From a virus, in IMG/VR virus record IMGVR_UViG_3300021091_000016: a stretch of 64,000 nucleotides of DNA; one strand, written 5' to 3'. The notes under the pieces were generated by a model. That model was given only the letters and a program-made list of their open reading frames with translations, made no database searches and was not told the origin of the DNA. Positions 39,105 through 49,148 of the stretch are shown in pieces (positions within the stretch are counted from its first letter, which is position 1; the number at the start of each line of letters is the position of its first letter). The position numbers were made by a program, and so were the translations under genes.

Positions 39105-39652
39105 TAATCATTCAACCTTATTGAGCTTTCTTCTCTACAGTGTACAGCAATATATTCAACTCGACCATTGTCAGACCTATACTTTTGTATAGTTTCTGGT
39201 CGATATATCACTTCTCTTTTGTATGGTATAACTAATTCTCCTTCTAAATCAAGACTCATCTCTATTATCTTGTCTTTATAAGTTATATTTGTGTCATATC
39301 GAAAATAAAAAGTTTTATAATCAGTTCTTATTTCTCCAGGAGCAATCCTTCTAAAACGAGAATGAAATGAGTCTCCACCTTTCATTGTTGAGTAACATTC
39401 TACAAATTGTTCATCCCAAATATATTTTTCACCTAAACAAAAATTACATGATGTTTCTGTAGATGCTTCATCTGTTAAGAAAGAAGCACATTTACATTTT
39501 ACTAATTGATTATCTTGTGCGCGGCGGAATTTACGAATCAAAACCTTGTGCGCATGCTTTACTCCACCAGATTTACCTAATATAAAATCATCAAAGGTTC
39601 TTCTCAAATCCTTTTCACGAGAAACCTTGTGATATTGTCGTTTGAAAACCAT
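39104..39652 (-). CDS. Putative neck/head-closure protein (182 aa)
   Basis: CKC-x12-CNFCLG Cys motif and RSDNGRVEY, as in large-myovirus neck proteins; synteny. Confidence 0.6.
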   Translation of the reverse strand: MVFKRQYHKVSREKDLRRTFDDFILGKSGGVKHAHKVLIRKFRRAQDNQLVKCKCASFLTDEASTETSCNFCLGEKYIWDEQFVECYSTMKGGDSFHSRFRRIAPGEIRTDYKTFYFRYDTNITYKDKIIEMSLDLEGELVIPYKREVIYRPETIQKYRSDNGRVEYIAVHCREESSIRLND

Positions 39653-40647
39653 TATACATTTCTCCCTAATCTACTAGTTGTAAAATAATAATAATTCCAA
39701 ATAGTAAAACCAGACTTGTATTTTTCTTCTCCAGGCTTCTTGTATTTACTATTATTAGTTGGTAACCAATAATATTCATTCCATGGGTCATGCCATTGAC
39801 GAGAAACAAGATTGTGGTCTGCTCTTTTGGCGGATTTAGAAGCAAATGTAGGTCCTAGAGATTGTCCAATAGTTATATGACCACCGGCATTAACAACTCT
39901 CAACCATTCTTCCTTTTGTTCTTTATATTCCTTAAGAAGGTCTTTAATATCCAAGTCCAAATCCGAATTTTGCACTGACAAGTCCCCCAAGGTTTTATGG
40001 GTTTTAGAATTAGAACCATAGGAACCAACAGGCATTGTAAACAGGCTAATAGCAGCATCAAATAAAACAAATCTAGTTCGCGCATAATAATAATTAGGTC
40101 CTACTGGTTTTTTGCAGGTTATTTGGTCAGCCTTCATAGAAGACCAATGTATTGCTAATGCTAATGTATCATCGGGAATATCATTCATCCAAGTACCACA
40201 TTCGACTCTAAGCATTTCTATTGGTGCATAATAAGGATTAAATTCTGTGCAGAAAAATACTTCCTCTGTTTGTTCAAGAGTATTACCATCTACATCAGCA
40301 ATTGATTCATCTATAGTAATTAGTATTAATTGATTATAATCAATCATATTTTGATGATTGATTATTTTACCGCCACTAGTTACTTCAAAATCAAAATCAA
40401 ATACTGTATCGACACCATCAATTAAAGCAGTCCACTCTTCCTTGTAAAATCCAGCAAAATCAGTAGTACTATAATCAATATAATAGAATCCTGTTTCTAC
40501 TCGAGTAAAACCATTTAAAATATTAACCTGATCACCATTAGGCTTTGTTATTAATAACTCAAATTGAACAGGATCAATTGGAGTATTGTTCGAATCGGTA
40601 AATAAAACCTTAAGTTTGATGCTTTGATTTAAAGAAACTCTTCTCAT
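39652..40647 (-). CDS. Putative head-tail adaptor/neck protein (331 aa)
   Basis: N-terminal Ig-like segment, then PYYA...IPDDTL..AI and KTLGDLSV, typical of adaptor proteins; AAGGAG SD. Confidence 0.55.
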   Translation of the reverse strand: MRRVSLNQSIKLKVLFTDSNNTPIDPVQFELLITKPNGDQVNILNGFTRVETGFYYIDYSTTDFAGFYKEEWTALIDGVDTVFDFDFEVTSGGKIINHQNMIDYNQLILITIDESIADVDGNTLEQTEEVFFCTEFNPYYAPIEMLRVECGTWMNDIPDDTLALAIHWSSMKADQITCKKPVGPNYYYARTRFVLFDAAISLFTMPVGSYGSNSKTHKTLGDLSVQNSDLDLDIKDLLKEYKEQKEEWLRVVNAGGHITIGQSLGPTFASKSAKRADHNLVSRQWHDPWNEYYWLPTNNSKYKKPGEEKYKSGFTIWNYYYFTTSRLGRNV

Positions 40648-40655
40648 GTTACTCC

Positions 40656-41762
40656 TTAAAATTCTATAATGATTTTATTTTCTTCGACAGAAACAATTTT
40701 ATAAAGCCTATTACCTCTATCTTTAACAGAACCATTGTTAAAAAATCCAGATACTGGCATTACTTGTAGCTTAATAGTGTCTTGAGTAACAGTTAATGGA
40801 TCAATATTTTTATTAAATTCAATTACTATTCTATTTGTATCTATAGGTAGATTAATCTCACCATTATAAGGAGTAACATTTATAATTTGTAGTTTATCTA
40901 AGCTTGGGTCTTTATATATCGCGCTATTAATTGGAGAAGTAGACATATAATCTGCTTCAGGTTCAATAAAAACAGAACCATCACCAGTAGTAAAACTCAA
41001 GATATATGATTCGTCTAAAAGCTCTACTGGATAGCATTTTATAGTAATTATTTCGTTTAAATTATATTGAATATTATCAAATTTAATAACTAAACCTCTG
41101 TCAATTGAACGCCATCTGGCAGAACATCTAGAGGCTTTATTTAAATCAATTTGTTGGTCATCAAAATAATAAACATATTGTGCTTGAGAACCAATACCTG
41201 CTTGAATAATTTTTATATTCAATTCAGCAGAAATATTGTATTTATATTGACCGCGCACAAATACCCTATTGTCTACCAAATTATTTAATTCAGGAGAATA
41301 AATAGTTTTTAAAGATACTGCTTTATTGTTCTTATATATTGGGTCTAAATTTTGAGTATTAGCTCCAATTACAAAAAGCTTATATTCAGTATTTATAGCT
41401 AAAGTATTCTTAGGTGTTATTTTTGCTAAGCTATAATAATTAGTTCTATCAATATCAGATACATTATCTACTTGCTCTAAGCTTTCTCTGTCTAAATAAA
41501 ATAATTCAATATCAAATTCACAAAAGCCTTGATAGCCAGGACTTGATAAAAAATCCTTATTTTCACCTTGAGATTCATTAATCCACATTGCATTTTGTGG
41601 CATTATGGTTTTACTTGAATCCGGACCCATTAAAATACAACTATTTTTAACAGATTCTAAATCTACATCCTTATCAAATACCAAGTGTATAGATGAACCT
41701 ATCGGTACATTACTTGATTGGTTCTGTGGGTAGCTTAGATTCGTCAGTAGATTTATTGTCAT
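40656..41762 (-). CDS. Structural protein with Ig-like (Big_5-type) domains (~368 aa)
   Basis: YPQNQSSNVPIGSSIHLVFDKDVD and TPYNGEINLPIDTNRIVIEFNKNID match the Big_5 pattern. Start set at MTINLL (AGGTG upstream). Confidence 0.6.
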   Translation of the reverse strand: MTINLLTNLSYPQNQSSNVPIGSSIHLVFDKDVDLESVKNSCILMGPDSSKTIMPQNAMWINESQGENKDFLSSPGYQGFCEFDIELFYLDRESLEQVDNVSDIDRTNYYSLAKITPKNTLAINTEYKLFVIGANTQNLDPIYKNNKAVSLKTIYSPELNNLVDNRVFVRGQYKYNISAELNIKIIQAGIGSQAQYVYYFDDQQIDLNKASRCSARWRSIDRGLVIKFDNIQYNLNEIITIKCYPVELLDESYILSFTTGDGSVFIEPEADYMSTSPINSAIYKDPSLDKLQIINVTPYNGEINLPIDTNRIVIEFNKNIDPLTVTQDTIKLQVMPVSGFFNNGSVKDRGNRLYKIVSVEENKIIIEF

Positions 41763-41895
41763 TTTGCTTTGCACCTATTTTAACTTCTATAAAATCTTCG
41801 TCCTCTACCATAGAAGTATAAGGATTGGTAGGGTCGTAATTAAAGTCATCTTCGTAATTTTGTTCTAAATCTTTTCGGTCTTTAAACCAACTCAT
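41710..41895 (-). CDS. Small acidic protein (61 aa, MSWFKDRKD...)
   Basis: Strong TAGGAG SD ~8 nt before ATG 41895; overlaps the next gene by 53 nt. Confidence 0.5.
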   Translation of the reverse strand: MSWFKDRKDLEQNYEDDFNYDPTNPYTSMVEDEDFIEVKIGAKQNDNKSTDESKLPTEPIK

Positions 41896-41910
41896 TTTAT
41901 ATCTCCTATA

Positions 41911-41940
41911 AATAAAAAAGGGGAGCAATTAAGCTCCCCT
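41911..41940 (-). terminator. Intrinsic terminator after the major capsid gene
   Basis: Minus strand AGGGGAGC-TTAATT-GCTCCCCT followed by TTTTTATT. Confidence 0.88.
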
Positions 41941-41956
41941 CATTTATATTATACGA

Positions 41957-41972
41957 CTTGTATTTCTACAAG
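41957..41972 (-). promoter_or_regulatory. GAAA-tetraloop hairpin in the capsid 3' UTR
   Basis: Minus strand CTTGTA-GAAA-TACAAG, between the MCP stop and the terminator. Confidence 0.5.
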
Positions 41973-41980
41973 ATTATTTT

Positions 41981-43315
41981 TTACATTTGACCCTTGACAT
42001 CACTCTCAGAAATATCACCCATCTCAGCAAGAGCCTTGACAGTGCCATCCCAGTATTGCTCGGATCTCTTAACATTCTTGAATACGCCAACGCCTTGACC
42101 TTCGTGAGAAACAGCAAAGCCATAACGTTCACGAATCTTGACCTTAACAGATTCTGTGTTTTCATCACGCCATTCTACAGTAGTAGGTTCTTCATCAACT
42201 AAATGATAACCAACATTACCACCAGAGAGCAAGAAAATATCTCCAGTTTCTGATTCTGGGTCATAAGGACAAAGAGGAGAAACAATGATTTGGAAGTTGA
42301 ATGGGAAATAGCTTGGAAGATTTGGAGCAGAAGTAGCTTGTTGTGAACGAGCAGTTACTGGAGAAATCTCAGAGCCATTAGCACCTTGACCAGAAGTACC
42401 GATACCACGACCATTGTTAATCTTAGTACCGTTTGTTGGACCCATTGCGCCCATAGTACCATTATTGTAAGGAGTCAAGACACCAGGTGCACCACTATAA
42501 GCATTGAACCAGGATCCTCCACCGTGCATCAACATCATTTGACGCAAGATAGGATCTTGAATGAATGAATAGTAGAATAATGGGTGCATAAGCAATGTAG
42601 TAGCAGAGAAACCTTCTTCAGCCATATGAGCCATACCGCGCATAAGGTTGTCCATAGAAAGTGTACCGTTACCAACGAGAACATTTTGACTAAGTCCACG
42701 ACCAGTAGTAACACCGTAAATAGAATGTGAAGGATTGATATTGTCATACAAAGAAGTACCAAGTTGCTTCAAGAAAGAAACAGCCTTTTGTTCCTTGTGA
42801 CGTACGAGTGCATTACCCATAAGCTCAAGGTTCTTTGCCATGATATCAAATGTAGAATATCTCAAGGCTTCATCAGTAAAGGAAGCAGCAATACCGCTCT
42901 TACCGATATAAGCAGTAGAAACAGCACCACCCATTTGGAAGTTAACTTCTGGGTAAGTACCTAATTCTTGAACATCACCAGCATATACAGCGCCCATAGC
43001 ACCCATCAAAATTTGAGTGTTAAGACCTTGTGCTTGAATACGAGTAAACAAAGGAGTAATAACAGCGTTTGGTTCAACAGGTTCACGAATTAAAATTTCC
43101 ATAGCAGTTTGAAGCAATGGAGTAATTTCGGAAGCCTTAACCATATCTTTATTTTTTGGACTAATTGTTTCAGAGAAAGATTTCCAAGAAACCTTTTGTT
43201 CGGAATCAGCTAATTGACCATTATTACGAATCATGTCTGCTAGATAACGAGAAGCAGCCTTTGGATTGCTAGGTAATGCTAGCTCGGTACCATCTACTAA
43301 TCTTAAAGTTGTCAT
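41981..43315 (-). CDS. Major capsid protein (444 aa)
   Basis: Follows protease and head protein. IREPVEP, GDVQELGTYPE, KSGIAASFTDEALRYSTFDI and VKIRERYG are HK97-fold MCP-like motifs; strong SD; terminator downstream. Confidence 0.88.
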   Translation of the reverse strand: MTTLRLVDGTELALPSNPKAASRYLADMIRNNGQLADSEQKVSWKSFSETISPKNKDMVKASEITPLLQTAMEILIREPVEPNAVITPLFTRIQAQGLNTQILMGAMGAVYAGDVQELGTYPEVNFQMGGAVSTAYIGKSGIAASFTDEALRYSTFDIMAKNLELMGNALVRHKEQKAVSFLKQLGTSLYDNINPSHSIYGVTTGRGLSQNVLVGNGTLSMDNLMRGMAHMAEEGFSATTLLMHPLFYYSFIQDPILRQMMLMHGGGSWFNAYSGAPGVLTPYNNGTMGAMGPTNGTKINNGRGIGTSGQGANGSEISPVTARSQQATSAPNLPSYFPFNFQIIVSPLCPYDPESETGDIFLLSGGNVGYHLVDEEPTTVEWRDENTESVKVKIRERYGFAVSHEGQGVGVFKNVKRSEQYWDGTVKALAEMGDISESDVKGQM

Positions 43316-43338
43316 ATTTAAATATCTCCTATAATTTA

Positions 43339-44643
43339 TTATTGAATCTTAACATTGATTACAACGATTTGGTCAGCCACAGTCTCTTGAGACAAGGTAA
43401 TCAAATCAGAGAAACCACGAGTAGCACTACCAGGCATCTTGCCAGTTGCACCAAACTCTTCGCCTTGGAACCCAGTACGTACTCTTTCAAGAAGACTCTT
43501 TGGTTCCTTGAATACTGTTAAGAGACGACCGCAAACCATACCCTGACTAAGTGCTTCGAATAATTGACCATTAGGTACAGCAACAAAGTTTGAATTTTCA
43601 TCAAAGGTAACAAAATCACCAGGCTTACCAGCACCTACAAAATGCTGCATACGCTCTTGAGTAGATGAAGCACCATCATATACATAGAATTGAATTTGCT
43701 TACCAGCAAATACTGCAGGAAGAGCAGCACCAGCACCAGCATTAGAATAAACAATCAACATTGCTGAGAATTCATCTACAAACCAATCGCCTTCTTTAGC
43801 AAGAAGATCAATACCACTACGTAAACGTGTACTTGCACCTGCTGCTAGATTAGTCCAGCTAATAGGAGTGCGAGTAGTATTTGCAGCAACATTACCTGGT
43901 TGACCAAGTTGAACTGCAACTAAAGCTTCAACTGGAAGTCCAGCATAACGAGCCATACCTGCAAGAGTTGCACCAGTTATAACATTTGCGTTTTGAATAG
44001 TTTTCTCATCTAAACCATGTACTACTTGAGGAACCTTCATTTGAATATCAGTAAAGAACTGAATCAAATGTTGTTTTTGATAATTAGTAAAGTGAAGGTT
44101 TGCGAGGTCATCACCAGCCCAAACAAATACATCATATGATAATACGCCAACTGGAGAGGAAACACATTCATTTACAGCAGCTTGTAAATCTTCGATTTCT
44201 GCGTTTGCTTGTAAAGCTGCATGGTCAACAGGAATTAAACCATGGTCAGCCAATGCTTGTACAAAATCACCTAAAGTAACATTCTTGCTACCAGCACCAC
44301 CAAGAGCAACAAATTTACCAGTAGTAATATCAATTACGCGAGCATCTTCATCCATTTGATGATAAGAAAGCATTACATGAGAAGCATCTGCTGCTGCTGC
44401 GGCTCTAGCCAAGTAACCAGCAGGAACAATTCTACCATCTGCAAAAAAGGAAACAACCTTACCAGCAGACATTACGAAATAGTCTTTGCTTCTTTGATTC
44501 TGCCATACAACTGGAAGCCATGCAGCAGGCTTCCATTCACCAGCAGGTACGGAAACGTTAGTTTGAACTACGTTATTGGGGGTGATTTGATCCATCAAAT
44601 CATTACGAGTTTTAAATCTACTCTGGAATCTATCAATTGCCAT
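43339..44643 (-). CDS. Abundant head-associated protein (434 aa), probable decoration/minor capsid protein
   Basis: Between protease and MCP; TAGGAG SD; PAAWLP...GKVVSF..DGRIVPAG and MPGSATRG motifs. Confidence 0.55.
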   Translation of the reverse strand: MAIDRFQSRFKTRNDLMDQITPNNVVQTNVSVPAGEWKPAAWLPVVWQNQRSKDYFVMSAGKVVSFFADGRIVPAGYLARAAAAADASHVMLSYHQMDEDARVIDITTGKFVALGGAGSKNVTLGDFVQALADHGLIPVDHAALQANAEIEDLQAAVNECVSSPVGVLSYDVFVWAGDDLANLHFTNYQKQHLIQFFTDIQMKVPQVVHGLDEKTIQNANVITGATLAGMARYAGLPVEALVAVQLGQPGNVAANTTRTPISWTNLAAGASTRLRSGIDLLAKEGDWFVDEFSAMLIVYSNAGAGAALPAVFAGKQIQFYVYDGASSTQERMQHFVGAGKPGDFVTFDENSNFVAVPNGQLFEALSQGMVCGRLLTVFKEPKSLLERVRTGFQGEEFGATGKMPGSATRGFSDLITLSQETVADQIVVINVKIQ

Positions 44644-44666
44644 ATCTAACTCCTATTATTTTTTAG

Positions 44667-47195
44667 TTAAACTTTATCAGGATGAAAGCCACGTGGTAAA
44701 TAGCCCGCTTGACTTTGTAAATAATGTTCTGCCGAATTAAAACCATATTCATCTTTAATACGAATGTAGGTATCAACTACCTTTTGTTCAAACGCACCTA
44801 GATTAGTTTTAGTAACACCATTTACTTTATCAGTTAATCCTAAATGTTCAGAAGGATTCTCTATCTTTTTATTAAGCAAGTCAAGGTTATTTATGTCATT
44901 TTTTGATGAAAAATTAATGTCATTATTTACATTAATATTTGTGTCATTTTTGACATTTATTTCTTCATCATTTTTGACATTTTCTTGGGTACTATCTTGT
45001 TGTAAATCTTTAGATGCAAATTTTTCAAGAACTTTAGCAATTTTTTCTTCTAAAGTTTTAATTTTTTCTAAAGCATCTTCGTATTTCTTATTTAATTCTT
45101 GGAATTCCATATCATTCTCTTTATCGCATTTTAATATTTTAGCTTTTCTATTTACGCAAGTTAAAATAGTTTTCTTTACAGCATCACTTGTTTTTGCTTG
45201 ACCAATAAGCTTTCTAGCAGATGTTACATGTGCGCAATCTGGTACAGGAAAAGACCTATCTGCACCACAGAATACATCATCTGGCAAACTATTTCTAGCT
45301 TCAGTAGATAAAGCCTTGTCACCCATAATTGCAGTTAAAGCTAAATCAAATGTAAACCAATCAATTTCTAAATCATCATTGAATGATTCATCATGAGCTT
45401 GTTGTTCTTCTTGAGTTGGTTCATTTACTTGTTCTAGCAAATCATTATCTAATTCATTATTTTCATTCGACATATTGAAGTCCTTCTGTGGTTTTGATTT
45501 ATTATTTGATTTTTTAGGATGCCCGGCTGGAAGCAAATCATTATCGGTAGTGTACTTGGGGTTAGAAGGGCTGCCACTACTTACTAATTTCAAGAATGCA
45601 TTAACTCTTGCAATACCCCATCCTGAACGCGACATACCAGGCCTATGAGTGTTAGAGAAAGCACCAGTACCTCTACGATAAACTGCCTTTAACATTCCTA
45701 AGGTTACTTTCTTACCTTCCTTATCTCCATGCTTTTCATTGTGCGCAGAGACTTTAGCCTTCAAGGATTCAAGTGCAGAGCCTACTTCTATTGATTTACT
45801 AGAATTAGAAGCAGAACCCTCCTTATTAACTTTAGATCCTTTAATTCTTTCAGATGGTTTAGCCGGAGTTTTTGCACCTTTACCTTCTGGAGAAGAACGC
45901 TCTGCATCATCTGCTTCTAGCTCATCATTGTTAGCTTCAGAGATTTTAATAGCCCAGTCGACACCAGATGTACCACCCCAACCTAACCATGCTACGTATC
46001 CTCGATCCTTCCATGGTTCAGATTTGAATTTAGGATCTACTTCTGCATTTTTTCTATGGCGATTAAACATAGCCATGCGCTTAACAGTAGATAAACCAAT
46101 TTCTGATTTAGTAGCTAATTGCCTTGCACGTGCCCAACCAACAGCTGTCATACCTTTGACATCAGAGCCATGCTTTTCCTTCCAATCAAGAACTTTTTGA
46201 GCATTACCTTTAGCACCAGCAGGAACCTTAAAGGTTTTTTCATCTGTAAGTTGAGAATTGAAATCTAATACTTTTTCGGCTTCTTTGTTGTCTTCTTGGG
46301 TTTTATTGGTTGTTTCTTGGGTGTTGTACTCATCGGAAGATCCTCTCTCGTTTTGAATGTCATTTTCGTTATCCATTTCAAAATCAGTTAAAATGATTTC
46401 AATTGCATTGCTATCTTTTATTTGTTTATCATTTGTTGGTAATTCAGAGTCTGTCATTCTCTCAATAGATACTACCTGAGAAAAATTATCAGCTGGAGTA
46501 TTTACTACTGAGCCTTCATGTACATTAAAATCACCACAAATAAATACACACATTTCTCCGTCATATTCTTTACCATGTTCATGCTCGCAAGGACCATTTA
46601 AAGCCCAATCCTCATTACAAATAGAACAAACATGTCTGTTAGTAGAGGTGCCTGCACTAAAGGTTAAATACCTACCATCAAGGAATTTTTTAATTGCATC
46701 CTCATCTGTGATATTAGCTTTTACACGCATTCTACCAACACCAGGCCATTCACTATTCTTTAATAAGGAATACTTACTTAAAGATTTATAAATATGCTCT
46801 GGTTCGTCTGAATCAAATGCATGTCTTAATTGATTATATGCGCCTAAATCATTTCTTAAATGACCCATAATATACTCAGATAAATCTTGATATTCGCCAC
46901 CAATAAATCTACCAATTGGATCTGATTGCTGGTCGTGATTTCTGAGAATTGGCTTGTTAAAAGGATTTGTTAAAGACTCTACGCCTTTACGTTGTCCTCT
47001 TGCAGAATAAATTCTGTTGTTAATCTTTCTACCTGAATGACTTAAATCATATGTAATTACTAACCCTTTTCCTTTAGTATAGGAATTAGTAATTAAATTA
47101 TCAGTAAGCTTAATCTTTTCCTCTTTATTCAAAGACAAGATTTTGTTATCAGGATTGATAGCAACATAATCATTAAATTTAATAATGTTAGTCAT
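44667..47195 (-). CDS. Prohead protease/scaffold (~842 aa) with inserted small domains
   Basis: Start at MTNIIK (TAGGAG-TGCAC-ATG). KPILRNHD..DPIGR, DGRYLTFSAG, CSIC..CEH, EGSVVNTPAD define a phage prohead protease; acidic/coiled-coil C-terminus. Confidence 0.8.
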   Translation of the reverse strand: MTNIIKFNDYVAINPDNKILSLNKEEKIKLTDNLITNSYTKGKGLVITYDLSHSGRKINNRIYSARGQRKGVESLTNPFNKPILRNHDQQSDPIGRFIGGEYQDLSEYIMGHLRNDLGAYNQLRHAFDSDEPEHIYKSLSKYSLLKNSEWPGVGRMRVKANITDEDAIKKFLDGRYLTFSAGTSTNRHVCSICNEDWALNGPCEHEHGKEYDGEMCVFICGDFNVHEGSVVNTPADNFSQVVSIERMTDSELPTNDKQIKDSNAIEIILTDFEMDNENDIQNERGSSDEYNTQETTNKTQEDNKEAEKVLDFNSQLTDEKTFKVPAGAKGNAQKVLDWKEKHGSDVKGMTAVGWARARQLATKSEIGLSTVKRMAMFNRHRKNAEVDPKFKSEPWKDRGYVAWLGWGGTSGVDWAIKISEANNDELEADDAERSSPEGKGAKTPAKPSERIKGSKVNKEGSASNSSKSIEVGSALESLKAKVSAHNEKHGDKEGKKVTLGMLKAVYRRGTGAFSNTHRPGMSRSGWGIARVNAFLKLVSSGSPSNPKYTTDNDLLPAGHPKKSNNKSKPQKDFNMSNENNELDNDLLEQVNEPTQEEQQAHDESFNDDLEIDWFTFDLALTAIMGDKALSTEARNSLPDDVFCGADRSFPVPDCAHVTSARKLIGQAKTSDAVKKTILTCVNRKAKILKCDKENDMEFQELNKKYEDALEKIKTLEEKIAKVLEKFASKDLQQDSTQENVKNDEEINVKNDTNINVNNDINFSSKNDINNLDLLNKKIENPSEHLGLTDKVNGVTKTNLGAFEQKVVDTYIRIKDEYGFNSAEHYLQSQAGYLPRGFHPDKV
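44894..44979. repeat. 24-bp-phased TGTCA-N4-TGACA array (locus 3, intragenic)
   Basis: TGTCA at 44894, 44918, 44942; right half-sites TTACA 44927, TGACA 44951, TGACA 44975. Confidence 0.8.
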
Positions 47196-47206
47196 GTGCA
47201 CTCCTA

Positions 47207-48952
47207 TCAATCTTTATTATTAATTGATTCAATAAAGTTATCTAAAACTGAGTCTATATCATCTGTAGATAATATCTTATCTATAGTGTCAAAAATCAAG
47301 TAATTCAAATTTTTCTGATTATTTTCGTCCAAGCCCTTGACACTACTTTTTTCGTTACTACTATTATCTTTAGTTAGTTTAGGTGCTGAGCGAACCCCTT
47401 GCTGGTTCGCTGGTCTAGCCTGATTAGCTGACTGGCGACTAGGTGCATTACTAATTACATTGCTATTAGTCTTCTTATTGTTATTTGTATTATTAGTTTT
47501 AGATTCTTTACTTAATTGAGATTCAGTAATATTACTTGTTGGTGCTGCAGCTAATGCTTGCGCAGCTGCACTAACTGGACTACCCATTATCTTTAATAAT
47601 GCTGCAGGTTCCTCGTAAAGCTTATAATAGTTCTTATCTCTATCTAACTCCTCAATTGGTTTTTCACCTAAACGTTTACGAGCTTCATCCTCGGTAATTA
47701 ATTTATTTAACCAAAGCTGAATTGTTTGATTCTCGAGCTTAGACTTTTCTTCCTTATCAACAGTACCAAACTTAATTTCTACACGTTTTTCAGGATCCAT
47801 AACAACATCTGAAAAACCACCTTCTATTAATAGCTCGTTAATAACATAGGTATCTATAAACATTTTAATATTAGCCTGCAATGCTTCTACATCTTGAATT
47901 GCAGATTTAGATAATGTAGATGCAGTACTGCTATTTGCAGAATCTCCTTCACCCATATCCATAGGTGTAACTCCCAACCCTGCAAATACTCTTTTCTTAA
48001 AATAATCTAAATATTCAATTGCATTTAAAGCTTTACCCTCTGCACCAAGCACCTCTATTTTGTGTCTATGGTCAGACACAAAAATACCACCACTAGGCAT
48101 ATACTCAATAGTAGACCTTACTATATCTGTTTCCTTAGTGCCATCAGGTCCATAACGTTCAGGATGCTGGTCTGTACCTACAGTGTAATGGAATAAAGGA
48201 TTCAAATTTGCATCTACCATAGATTCTACATTTTCCTCTAGACGACGCAATAAAGCAACATCCTCTAATACAGCTAAAATCTCAGGAGTACCCATTGTAA
48301 ACCCAGGTTTTTTATTAGTATAAAAATGTATTACATCCTCTGGAGCAAATTCCTTTGACTTACCTGTGTTATGCATTATTTGCATAACCTTCTTAATTTC
48401 ACCATTAGGTTTAACCTTAAACCATAAGGTTTCAAATGGTAATAAAAAATAACCCGCAACAGGATCTAATTCTTTATTAAGATGTGGTCTGATTACGCCA
48501 CTAGATGCCTCTGAATCTCTAACCTTGACCCACATGCAATTAGAATATCTAGCTAAATCATGCGCAGTATTAATAATCATCATATCAAATGGCATACCAG
48601 AAACTATTTCAATTTCTCTTAAACGTTTTTTAATATAAGCTACTGCTTCTCTATCCTTACCTACAAATTCCCAGCCGGCTAATATGATTTTATGAACCTT
48701 CTTTTGAATTGCTTTAAATATATACGCATCTGTATCCTGAGCAATTTGTAATTCAGTTAAATCATATTCAGGTTTAAACCAATTACCTCTGTGTCTATCC
48801 GAATAGGAATAGCTTTTGTTATCTAAGCGTTTAATTCTTACACCTGGTATAGATTCAATAAATAATGGTTTATTCTGGTCTTGGAGCTCTTGAGACGAGC
48901 GTTGTAGTTCCATGGTTTTTAAAGCCTTAGAAATTAAATTGTATTTACTCAT
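47207..48952 (-). CDS. Portal protein (~581 aa)
   Basis: Directly upstream of the protease. FAPEDVIHF, GTP..AVLEDV..LRRLEE, YFKKRVFAGLGV..MGEGDSANSSTA and ITEDEARKRLG are portal motifs. Start at MSKY (GGGAG SD). Confidence 0.85.
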   Translation of the reverse strand: MSKYNLISKALKTMELQRSSQELQDQNKPLFIESIPGVRIKRLDNKSYSYSDRHRGNWFKPEYDLTELQIAQDTDAYIFKAIQKKVHKIILAGWEFVGKDREAVAYIKKRLREIEIVSGMPFDMMIINTAHDLARYSNCMWVKVRDSEASSGVIRPHLNKELDPVAGYFLLPFETLWFKVKPNGEIKKVMQIMHNTGKSKEFAPEDVIHFYTNKKPGFTMGTPEILAVLEDVALLRRLEENVESMVDANLNPLFHYTVGTDQHPERYGPDGTKETDIVRSTIEYMPSGGIFVSDHRHKIEVLGAEGKALNAIEYLDYFKKRVFAGLGVTPMDMGEGDSANSSTASTLSKSAIQDVEALQANIKMFIDTYVINELLIEGGFSDVVMDPEKRVEIKFGTVDKEEKSKLENQTIQLWLNKLITEDEARKRLGEKPIEELDRDKNYYKLYEEPAALLKIMGSPVSAAAQALAAAPTSNITESQLSKESKTNNTNNNKKTNSNVISNAPSRQSANQARPANQQGVRSAPKLTKDNSSNEKSSVKGLDENNQKNLNYLIFDTIDKILSTDDIDSVLDNFIESINNKD

Positions 48953-49148
48953 TATCAAAGCTCCCTAACAAATCTATATTTGTATTAACGTTACTCAAAA
49001 GTTCTAGTTTAATTTTTAAAAATTTCTCATTATTGTCTAATATTAATTTGATTAGAGCAAACTTTAGCTTTTGTTCATCATCAAGCTTGGTATCATCCTC
49101 TAGTTTATTCCAAAAATCCTGAAACTTAAAATTGTCTAAACTGCCCAT
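48945..49148 (-). CDS. Hypothetical protein (67 aa)
   Basis: Fills the gap between neighbours; AAGGGA upstream. Confidence 0.55.
   Translation of the reverse strand: MGSLDNFKFQDFWNKLEDDTKLDDEQKLKFALIKLILDNNEKFLKIKLELLSNVNTNIDLLGSFDNE

Noticed and set aside
41907-41914. T4-like late promoter TATAAATA
   Set aside because: Lies on the plus strand, opposite to the operon, overlaps the terminator tail/SD, and is expected by chance at this AT content.
47287-47342. Extra TGTCA/TGACA half-sites at the portal 3' end (also a single TGTCATTGATTACA at 18244)
   Set aside because: Not in 24-bp phase and without flanking copies; compatible with chance in AT-rich DNA.
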